DNA of 64,000 nt from Nemertoderma westbladi (Eukaryota > Animalia > Xenacoelomorpha), in assembly GCA_032718475.1 (NCBI GenBank), contig JAUCBJ010009140.1, forward strand, positions 52,488 to 116,487, in the 5' to 3' direction. Below are positions 13,501 through 25,500 of the stretch, in pieces (the stretch's first letter is position 1; each line of letters starts with the position of its first letter). Both the position numbers and the translations under genes were made by a program. The notes beneath the pieces are model-generated. The model ran no database searches. It saw nothing but the letters and a program-made list of their open reading frames with translations, and was not told where the DNA came from.

Positions 13501-16500
13501 CTGGGAATCCTAGTCTCTGGTAAAGTTGCGGATCATATACTAGGTTTAAGGTTTTACCAGCGAGTTTCTGGGAATCCTAAAGTTGCGGATCATATACTAG
13601 GTTTAAGGTTTTACCAGCGAGTTTCTGGGAATCCTAGTTTCTGGTAAAGTTGCGGATCATATGCTAGGTTTAAAGTTTTACCGGCGAGTTTCTGGGAATC
13701 CTAGTTTCTGTTAAAGTTGCGGATCATATACTAGGTTTAAGGTTTTACCAGCGAGTTTCTGGGAATCCTAGTTTCTGGTAAAGTTGCGGATCATATACTA
13801 GGTTTAAGGTTTTACCAGAGAGTTTCTGGGAATCCTAGTTTCTGGTAAAGTTGCGGATCATATACTAGGTTTAAGGTTTTACCAGCGAGTTTCTGGGAAT
13901 CCTAGTTTCTGGTAAAGTTGCGGATCATATACTAGGTTTAAGGTTTTACCATCGAGTTTCTGGGAATCCTAGTTTCTGGTAAAGTTGCGGATCATATACT
14001 AGGTTTAAGGTTTTACCAGCGAGTTTCTGGGAATCATAGTTTCTGGTAAAGTTGCGGATCATATACTAGGTTTAAGGTTTTACCGGCGAGTTTCTGGGAA
14101 TCCTAGTTTCTGGTAAAGTTGCGGATGATATACTAGGTTTACGGTTTTACCAGCGAGTTTCTGGGAATCATAGTTTCTGGTAAAGTTGCGGATCATATAC
14201 TAGGTTTAAGGTTTTACCGGCGAGTTTCTGGGAATCCTAAAGTTGCGGATCATATACTAGGTTTAAGGTTTTACCAGCGAGTTTCTGGGAATCCTAGTTT
14301 CTGGTAAAGTTGCGGATCATATACTAGGTTTAAGGTTTTACCAGCGAGCTTCTGGGAATCCTAGTTTCTGGTAAAGTTGCGGATCATATACTAGGTTTAA
14401 GGTTTTACCAGCGAGTTTCTGGGAATCCTAGTTTCTGGTAAAGTTGCGGATCATATACTAGGTTTAAGGTTTTACCAGCGAGTTTCTGGGAATCCTAGTT
14501 TCTGGTAAAGTTGCGGATCATATACTAGGTTTAAAGTCTTACCAACGAGTTTCTGGGAATCCTAGTTTCTGGTAAATTTGTACAAAATAATAAATTGAGT
14601 GAGTAGTACAGTAGACCTACGCCATGAGGAGTCTATTGAGTAAACATGGGCCACGTATTCCAAGGGTGTTAAGAAATAAATATAAAAATTTATACAAAAC
14701 TTTCCAAAAGTATGACCTATAAAATATTAGCAACCAACCCAGCGCTATTCTATGTCAGATTTCAGATTCATAGGATTCCGTTAGGATTTGGCATACAATT
14801 AGTTTCGTTTACGCAATAAAGACGCCTTGATAAGAAAAGTAAAATAAATCCCAGACTTACAAGATTCTTCAAACAACTCTCCTTTAGTTGCACCAGTATT
14901 GTCGCAACAAACTATTTTTCTGGATCGTTGTCTCTTTCTGCGTCTTCCAATGTCCCCCTTGTTGACTTCGTTCTCATTCACGACATCGTCGTCCACAACC
15001 TCTGTGGTTCTGAAACTCTCGCTATTATCAACTATTTCCGATACATCGATTTTCTTCTTATCCAGAATTTTATTAAAGATATAATTTGTTCCTTCTAACT
15101 TCACTCTCTTCTTTAAATCTACGATTGAAGAGAATAACAATTTTATTATATGTTTTTATTCATTTCAACTGTAGGAAATTAGTGAGGAAATAAACTATAC
15201 CTGGATGGTCTGTTGGGAAATAAACTATACCTAGATGGTTTGTTGGGAAATAAACTATACCTGGATGGTTTGTTGGGAAATAAACTATACCTGGATGGTT
15301 TGTTGGGAAATAAACTATACCTGGATGGTCTGTTGGGAAATAAACTATACCTGGATGGTTTGTTGGGAAATAAACTATACCTGGATGGTTTGTTGGGTAA
15401 TAAACTATACCTGGATGGTTTGTTGGGTAATAAACTATACCTGGATGGTTTGTTGGGAAATAAACTATACCTGGATGGTTTGTTGGGAAATAAACTATAC
15501 CTAGATGGTTTGTTGGGAAATAAACTATACCTGGATGGTTTGTTGGGTAATAAACTATACCTGGATGGTTTGTTGGGAAATAAACTATACCTGGATGGTT
15601 TGTTGGGAAATAAACTATACCTGGATGGTCTGTTGGGAAATAAACTATACCTGGATGGTTTGTTGGGAAATAAACTATACCTGGATGGTATGTTGGGAAA
15701 TAAACTATACCTGGATGGTTTGTTGGGTAATAAACTATACCTGGATGGTCTGTTGGGTAATAAACTATACCTGGATGGTTTGTTGGGAAATAAACTATAC
15801 CTGGATGGTTTGTTGGGAAATAAACTATACCTGGATGGTCTGTTGGGTAATAAACTATACCTGGATGGTTTGTTGGGAAATAAACTATACCTGGATGGTT
15901 TGTTGGGAAATAAACTATACCTGGATGGTCTGTTGGGAAATAAACTATACCTGGATGGTCTGTTGGGAAATAAACTATACTTGGATGGTTTGTTGGGAAA
16001 TAAACTATACCTGGATGGTTTGTTGGGAAATAAACTATACCTGGATGGTATGTTGGGAAATAAACTATACCTGGATGGTCTGTTGGGAAATAAACTATAC
16101 CTGGATGGTTTGTTGGGAAATAAACTATACCTGGATGGTATGTTGGGAAATAAACTATACCTGGATGGTTTGTTGGGTAATAAACTATACCTGGATGGTC
16201 TGTTGGGTAATAAACTATACCTGGATGGTTTGTTGGGAAATAAACTATACCTGGATGGTATGTTGGGAAATAAACTATACCTGGATGGTTTGTTGGGTAA
16301 TAAACTATACCTGGATGGTCTGTTGGGTAATAAACTTTACCTGGATGGTTTGTTGGGAAATAAACTATACCTGGATGGTTTGTTGGGAAATAAACTATAC
16401 CTGGATGGTTTGTTGGGAAATAAACTATACCTGGATGGTATGTTGGGAAATAAACTATACCTGGATGGTTTGTTGGGTAATAAACTATACCTGGATGGTT

Positions 16501-19500
16501 TGTTGGGAAATAAAATATACCTGGATGGTATGTTGGGAAATAAACTATACCTGGATGGTTTGTTGGGTAATAAACTATACCTGGATGGTCTGTTGGGTAA
16601 TAAACTATACCTGGATGGTTTGTTGGGAAATAAACTATACCTGGATGGTTTGTTGGGAAATAAACTATACCTGGATGGTCTGTTGGGTAATAAACTATAC
16701 CTGGATGGTTTGTTGGGAAATAAACTATACCTGGATGGTTTGTTGGGAAATAAACTATACCTGGATGGTCTGTTGGGAAATAAAATATACCTGGATGGTT
16801 TGTTGGGTAATAAACTATACCTGGATGGTTTGTTGGGTAATAAACTATACCTGGATGGTTTGTTGGGAAATAAACTATACCTGGATGGTTTGTTGGGTAA
16901 TAAACTATACCTGGATGGTTTGTTGGGAAATAAACTATACCTGGTTGGTTTGTTGGGAAATAAACTATACCTGGATGGTATGTTGGGAAATAAACTATAC
17001 CTGGATGGTCTGTTGGGAAATAAACTATACCTGGATGGTTTGTTGGGTAATAAACTATACCTGGATGGTTTGTTGGGTAATAAACTATACCTGGATGGTC
17101 TGTTGGGAAATAAACTATACCTGGATGGTTTGTTGGGAAATAAACTATACCTGGATGGTTTGTTGGGTAATAAACTATACCTGGATGGTCTGTTGGGAAA
17201 TAAACTATACCTGGATGGTCTGTTGGGAAATAAACTATACCTGGATGGTCTGTTGGGAAATAAACTATACCTGGATGGTTTGTTGGGTAATAAACTATAC
17301 CTGGATGGTCTGTTGGGTAATAAACTATACCTGGATGGTCTGTTGGGAAATAAACTATACCTGGATGGTTTGTTGGGAAATAAACTATACCTGGATGGTT
17401 TGTTGGGAAATAAACTATACCTGGAAGGTATGTTGGGAAATAAACTATACCTGGATGGTCTGTTGGGAAATAAACTATACCTGGATGGTCTGTTGGGAAA
17501 TAAACTATACCTGGATGGTTTGTTGGGAAATAAACTATACCTGGATGGTTTGTTGGGAAATAAACTATACCTGGATGGTATGTTGGGAAATAAACTATAC
17601 CTGGATGGTTTGTTGGGAAATAAACTATACCTGGATGGTTTGTTGGGTAATAAACTATACCTGGATGGTTTGTTGGGAAATAAACTATACCTGGATGGTT
17701 TGTGGGTAATAAACTATACCTGGATGGTTTGTTGGGAAATAAACTATACCTGGATGGTTTGTTGGGTAATAAACTATACCTGGATGGTTTGTTGGGAAAT
17801 AAACTATACCTGGAAGGTCTGTTGGGAAATAAACTATACCTGGATGGTCTGTTGGGAAATAAACTATACCTGGATGGTCTGTTGGGAAATAAACTATACC
17901 TGGATGGTTTGTTGGGTAATAAACTATACCTGGATGGTTTGTTGGGAAATAAACTATACCTGGAAGGTCTGTTGGGAAATAAACTATACCTGGATGGTCT
18001 GTTGGGAAATAAACTATACCTGGATGGTCTGTTGGGAAATAAACTATACCTGGATGGTTTGTTGGGAAATAAACTATACCTGGATGGTATGTTGGGAAAT
18101 AAACTATACCTGGATGGTTTGTTGGGAAATAAACTATACCTGGATGGTTTGTTGGGAAATAAACTATACCTGGATGGTTTGTTGGGTAATAAACTATACC
18201 TGGATGGTTTGTTGGGAAATAAACTATACCTGGATGGTCTATTGGGAAATAAACTGTACCTGGATGGTCTGTTGGGAAATAAACTATACCTGGAGCTGGA
18301 TGGTTTGTTGGGAAATAAACTATACCTTGATGGTGTGTTGGGAAATAAACTATACCTGGATGGTTTGTTGGGTAATAAACTATACCTGGATGGTTTGTTG
18401 GGAAATAAACTATACCTGGATGGTCTGTTGGGAAATAAACTATACCTGGATGGTTTGTTGGGAAATACACTATACCTGGATGGTTTGTTGGGTAATAAAC
18501 TATACCTGGATGGTTTGTTGGGAAATAAACTATACCTGGATGGTCTGTTGGGAAATAAACTATACCTGGATGGTCTGTTGGGAAATAAACTATACCTGGA
18601 TGGTTTGTTGGGAAATAAACTATACCTGGATGGTTTGTTGGGAAATAAACTATACCTGGATGGTCTGTATTCTTAATGAATGTTCTCATCGTCTCATAAG
18701 GAACACCATTTTTGGAACAAGACCTTTTCAAATTGCATCCATTTAGGTAGTCGTTTAAAGTGGCTTCTACTTGTTTATGAGTATATTTGCGACGATTCCA
18801 ACGACCTAAATATATAATAAATATGGTGTTTAATGATTTCCTTAGGAATAATCCTACACTCGGACTATGTTCAGTCAGACAAAACATTAATACCATTTAC
18901 GACTACTATTGCTACTACTCACGGCATGCTGCATTATTACATATACCGTATTTCTTCGAATAAGATCCCACCCCCCCCCTCAAATAAACATAAACTCGAA
19001 TTAACGCCCCCATTACCATAAAATTAGCAACTTAAACGCCTTCCCCGAATAAACGACCCGTCGTTTAATAATATTACTATGTGGGGCGAGCCACGATTAG
19101 TGACCGATGCCTCTAGCACACAATTGTCATTAATATATAAGCCAAATGTCATGTGACTGAAGGTAAATACTGTTGGGTGTTGTACCGCGGTAATAGGCTG
19201 TATGTGAATAAAGTTAATCCTAGTTTTATTTGAATTATTTCATTTGTTTAACTTGTTTTCTTGAATTCAACAACATTCTTTATTAGGGTATTTAGATTAA
19301 AAATTCTGAAAATCTAAAACATAAACTATTAAAAAAAAATTCAAGGCCAGTGTCCTTTAAGATGCGTCTCAAGAAAGTCATGGGCTGTCCACCATGCTTA
19401 TTCACTCCATGAGGCTGCCAAAGCGAAAGATTATGCTCTGGAAGTTCCTAACATCGAAAGCAATGTTCTGCAAACCATTAACGAAGCATATTAGGAAACA

Positions 19501-22500
19501 GATAATGCGCTCCTTGCAGTCGACCCGCTGCAAGAAGAAGATCGAGATCTTCTTACAGTCGGAATTCCGAGCGGGATTGACGGGATACAAAGCGATAATG
19601 TAACAAATAATTTCTATCTAAATGACTACATATTATTAATAACCAAGAAAGTCTGCTAATCACTGGGATATGCAAAGCTAAATACATGTTGGGGCTTTCC
19701 ATTGATATGGACTACTTAAACTATATGCTCTGGAGCTGGGGTAGCTCAGTGTAAGATCTCTCACACGGTTTGTGTTTGTGAGAGGTCCCTGGTTCGAATC
19801 CCGATCCCAGCGCTATTTTTTCAATGGTTGGTTCTATTAGAACATTAAAAGAGGGTGTCGGCCTTCAATATCTTTCTTTAATACATATTATTACTATTGA
19901 CACTTATATTATTATCACACATATTATATTATCACTAGGCCCCAAAGTCACCTTTACTTATCACTTCAATAGGTAGTTTTAGTTAGTCACGAGTTTCTGT
20001 TCGCTAAGGTAGAGATACGTTATAGTGACGTTTTCCTGTATGATCACGACCATATACACATTTTTTTCAAGCAGCTGTATGTGGCGAGCCAATAAGTAAG
20101 TGACGCTTTTTGCGTAGGGATGTATTTAGTGGGCCGTCTGTCGTCGCCGTTGGAAATATTGAAATGCAAATAAATCGGTAAAATGGAACCAAAAACCAGA
20201 CTTTATACACAGTCTATCAGAAATTATAGAAAATTATACACACATACAGATTTATATAGTTTTTCTGCTGGCCGCTAGGAGGAGTGACCGGGTCAACTAA
20301 TTGTACTGATACGGTGTGCGAAGTCCACTCCTACGTACGTGTTTCTTTTGATTATCGTAATGAAATTCTATCAATCTGGAACTTTTGTGGATTCCAGCCA
20401 TGGAATGTCTATATCAATAGGAAATATTTATACTATCCCCCCCATTACATTCTGTCTATGAGTTTAATGGCGACTCAACTACATGAAGTTATGATCAGTT
20501 AGCCAAGCCTCTAATTAAGACAACAAGTAAGTCATTAAAACTAATTGAGATGGTTATATAACAAAATTAGGATTCCTGGAATCCAGATACCAGGAAATAT
20601 GTTACGCAATGTTATATAATAAAGCCCATTGTCAAATGGGATTAAAAAAACATGTATGACTACATATTTCCAATTCCACAATTTACGACTGGTGCTCAAT
20701 TCTCTATAAAAACAAGTCCAACGAAGTTATTCTTGTATTACAGTTGTTTAATCGATTTATCTTTGAATACAAAATACTGTAACATTGAAAAACATTTGAT
20801 CAAAATGTCGCCCTCTGTGTTGCTTTCGGTAAGCATTGTTCTTGCCACTCTGTGCTGCCCTACTTTGGGTCTCGTGACCTGCCCCATGCAGACAGTCACC
20901 TGTCCTTTCGATATCGACGTATCTGACGTGGATGTTGTTGATTATTACGCGAAAGCTTCTTCATGCATCAACTTCAATGGAGGAACGGAATATACCTGCT
21001 CTACTGAGAACAGTTGTGTGTTCGACTACGAACTCGATATCCCTGATGGCGCTGAAGGTGAGACGTCGGTTGTGGCTGAAATCAGTTTCCGATGTCCCTA
21101 CGAGGATGAGACACCAAGACTGCTGGAAATGACGATGTCTGAGTTTCCCAATCTCTTGCAGCAACTGAGAATTTCCTTGATACCGAACAGCGAAGAAGAT
21201 GACGTCTTCACCATCGTTGATCAATTTAAAGCCCTGTTTCAAATGGACACCACGTGTCCCAAACAGACCTGCCGACGCGACTCCATTGACCACCAGTATG
21301 TCTGCGACACCAAGAATGAATCATGCGTCAGTACCCACGGATGTATCACCAATTTTGTGGGATATCTGACTAAGCGAACGGATTGTGCGACACACGATGT
21401 CTGTCCTCTGGGAATCTTTTCCACCCCGCTGATTAGACCAGGATTATCCCAGATTTGCGGGCTCCACTAATAACAAGAAGTTAAAGGACTCACTCGTCTA
21501 TACGTTACAGTAGTTGAAATAATAGTTGATGATATGAAAACTCCCACCTCATCTAGATTTGATATTTTACTCGGAAATAGTTATAGTTAGAGTTCTTAGT
21601 TGCATGTAATAGTAAACACTTTTCGCATAATTTAAAGAATTTTGACAATTATATATTATTTAATAAATTAAACGATAACTTTTATAAAAATCGCCATGGG
21701 TGAGGCCATCAAACGCGACACGATATTTTGGATACACGGGCAACAAATCCTTACGTGTTACAAATTTGTAACTTCTCGAAATATAAGTCAGAATCATATA
21801 CTATGTATTAAAGTTTTACCGTCATGATTTTTCTAGGAATCAAATTTTCTGGTAAATTTGTCTAAAATTTAATTGAATGAGTATTACGCCATCTAGAGCC
21901 TAATGAGTGAAAGTGGTCAACGTATTTTCATGAATGTTAAAGGAAAAATAAGAAAACTGATATAAAACTTCCAAAAAGCAAGGATTTTAAAATCCCCTGA
22001 CTCTGAATATTTCAATGAATCCCTAAATTGAAGGGCTCATTGAGAAAAGATCCCAAGTGAAAAAATAGTAATTCCGAGGCTACACTGGTTTTCAGGGTAG
22101 CTGATAACAATTCAACTCGTTAAAAAATCTTTCATGTTACAACTATCGATTTTGATGTAGAATAAATATATATGGCCACTACACTTGTCTGCATGTCTGG
22201 TGTGACGAAAAATAAGTAGCATCAAAATTCATACTGCTAAAAATTGAATTAGGTTGGATAATTTTGAAGCTATAGGGTTTTCGAGGTCGCTGATCACGAT
22301 AGAACTTGTTAAAAATATTTTATGGAAGTGTAACCATCAAATTTATTATCAAATTGCGAAACTTGTACTTTTTGTGCCACATTCGCACATATTCAAAAAT
22401 ACCATAATCATTCAGAAACAAAATTGTTGAGTGTCATATACGAAGAAAAGCCATACAGTAAGTAAGGCCATATAATTAGGTGGATTTGATAGTGATTTTT

Positions 22501-25500
22501 CATTATCATATTTACCCTACTTGTTTTTTTCGTGCTCCAGGACTCCAAGACGCATTCCAAATTACCAGAAATGTTCTCGAATGTTATACTTGAGTTCTAT
22601 AATCGTGATCAGCATCCAAAAAACCTCTAGGCCTATATACCGCAAATTATTTTAGCAATAAAAAATAGCAGTTTTAGAAAATGTTGAGCACTAAAAAAAT
22701 ATTGAAGGTGGGGACCACAGCACGAAAACTTAACATAATTATGAAATTGGCGCTTGCGAAGTTGGATAGCCTAATAAATTTTAGGAAAAGTCAAGAAATA
22801 TCGGTTTTTCCCAATAAAACTGGCTCAAAGAATGAATAACAAACAATTTCTAAAATGCGCCCACCCCCCGGACCAAATAGAGTTAATAAAAAGTATAACC
22901 CGATTGGGTAACAAACATATAGCGATCGATATATAGGTTTATAAATAATCCTAGTCAATCCTCAATATGTTGTACATTCAAAATATATTACAAAGACAAT
23001 ATTCGGTTAAATATAAATTTTTCTTGCTAAAGCTATACAAAATCCCACGTAGAAATGGTTAACTATGCGGGGCGAGACACGTAGTCGGCGAACCTTGGCA
23101 CACGGTTCATATATGGCAAATGGGGAATGTCCGTCTGTCTGTCTCGCTGGTAAATGTTTAAACGCGAATTTCTCGGCATCGCTGGTTCGGAATTGAACCA
23201 AACTTAGTAGGAAGAAGTAGAGGGAAAGTTTAGAAAATTTGTAAAGTTTGGTGAAAAAATCATGCAGTCTGACGTCAGCTACGACAGATTATGTGGTTTT
23301 TAGAAAATGTTAAATTTCTCGGGTACATAACGAAATTGAAAAGTTAAGACATTTAATTGGGGATCGGCTAGAGACTCCGAAGTAATGACATAGACCTACC
23401 GGTACGGTACTGATGTACTGTACAAGTACGAAATTGCAAAATAATAATTTGACACCACCTAGCGGATTAATGTATGATTGTATATCGAACGAATACATTT
23501 ATAGCATGGGGTATGGGGTCCGAGCCACGAAGTTGTCGGAGCCTTTTCGACCAGACGCTATCTCTTATGGGGGTAGCAGGTCAGATATGTGCTAGAACAC
23601 GTCCGGTGTGTTTGCCGGGCTATGAATATCAGTCCAACCAGTTCCACCTCACCACTATTCCAGCAAGGTGTAATTCTATAGGACATGCAATAGTGTTAGG
23701 CCCTAGAGTAATAAGACATCTTGCTTATTGTTTATCTCGCAAAATGATTGGCTGAGTATTTAATGGAGATTCTTTAGAATAAATATAGCTAAATAATTTG
23801 ATTGAGACATCCACATGGTAAATTAATATTTTAGTGTCAATACTAATACGGCATAAGGTAAGTTATAATATTTATTACAAATTGGGTCGCCTCCACGCCT
23901 AAAATATATTACTTTTAAAGCACCGATTTTTTGTTAATACCTGCCTGTCATCAATCCTCTGTGTGTCTTTGGGTTGGGGTGCAGATTAAGATGGGGTTGA
24001 AAGCGAGCAACTTTCCCCTCTATGATTTATTTGCGGTTTGGTTAAACTCTTAAATACCGATTTTGTGATAGAATTGCTCAATTTTAATTTGTATCTCATA
24101 ACTGAGGCTCGTGCTGCGCGAAAGCCCCACGAACGTGTGGTACATACATAAGACTTTTTATGTCAACGTCTATTCGATTTTTATCAAAATTACAGGAAAT
24201 GTCACATAGGACCTTTTCTCACTAAGCCCTTCAATTGTAAACTTACAGGAATCTACAAACAGACTTGCTAAAGATCTGTTACTCTCGCCATTGGGAACTA
24301 TTTCCGACACTTCAGCCAGTTTTTTTTGTTCCTGATCCAGAATTTGATTGAAGATAAAATCTGTTCCCTTTAACTTCATTCTCGCCTTTAAATCTGTGAT
24401 TGAAAAGAAAACAATTATACAATTAATTCTCACCACTCTTTCTTAACATCAATATATATTAAATCATTAAATTGTATTTGTGCATTCCGAATGATTAAAT
24501 AATGCATAACTAAATACTGTATAAGTTCATACTGGTGCATGCGGGACCATTTATAGTAAACATATTAATATCAAGGGAATTAATTGTGTAGTGGTTTAAC
24601 GGTTTAATTATATCGGAGCCTTGAACTCGGGTCTCTGACTCCATATGACGTGGGTTCGAGTCCGGGAATGTGGCCAGGGAAATTTGCATTCCGGTTTCGC
24701 ATAAATCTCCGTTAGGCCTATATATATAAAGACTGTTTCCGTGTTACATTACCATAATCAATAGTTTACTCTAGTTAAAAAACAATTTATTATTATAATT
24801 CAAATAAAAATAACAGTCACGCACACCACAGACCAATCGGGAATAACGGTGAGACTGTAATTCACCCAACACGCAACGCACCCCCCCCCCCCCCCCTCCC
24901 ATACATAAATAGAATACATAAATAAATAGACATTCAATGTCGCCATGTTATGTATGATAACTGGTGGACCAAATTGAAACTTTATTTAACATTATCCTAG
25001 AAAAAACGAATGCTCGACAATTAAAACACGTGCTTACTCCATGGCAAGAACTATGTGGCTAGTCAACTGTGACCCGCTGCTCAGAAGTTTGCCCAAAAGG
25101 CGATCCGATGTCATCTACCTATGCTGCCTCATCCACAACCGTGCCACGTCAATATACCATATGTAACCACCTTCGTCGTTAGCACTTAGCAATACCACTC
25201 AGTATACACACATTTGATTTGGGGACCATAGACACTAGACAGGCGGTGAAACATGACGCATAATTATCGCCTCAATGTTAAATTATCAATTAAGGGAGAG
25301 AAGCAGGTTACAGTGAAACTTTACTGTAACCAAAACAATAAATTAAATTCAATGAAAGGTTATTACAGTTATATGTTTGACAGTTTTTTTTTATTTTTTG
25401 TTAATTCAGTCAATTTTCCACTAATTTTGATTGCAACAAGAAAGCCTCATCTGCAACCCGAAGGGTCTCTTCCCTCTCTTGGCTGTTACCTGTAAGCGCA

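Noticed and set aside
15213-18746. 1177-aa and 734-aa plus-strand ORFs (LGNKLYLDGL LRR-looking and MVCWEINYTW repeats), and the equivalents at 8.7-9.2 kb and 50.4-52 kb
   Set aside because: They are alternative frames of a 30-bp stop-poor repeat with no unique coding flanks. The unique coding context (HTH exon and splice donor) is on the minus strand.
20652-20804. Upstream ATG giving a 272-aa protein
   Set aside because: It lies 5' of the TATA box; the signal peptide starts at the ATG at 20805.
22855-22890. piggyBac-like MITE end (…CCCCCCGGACCAAATAGAG-TTAA)
   Set aside because: No matching opposite terminal repeat was found in the window, so the element cannot be delimited.
25030-25120. Possible extra minus-strand exon ending GGA|GTAAGC
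   Set aside because: The only open frame ends in phase 2, which is incompatible with exon 5, and the acceptor is weak.
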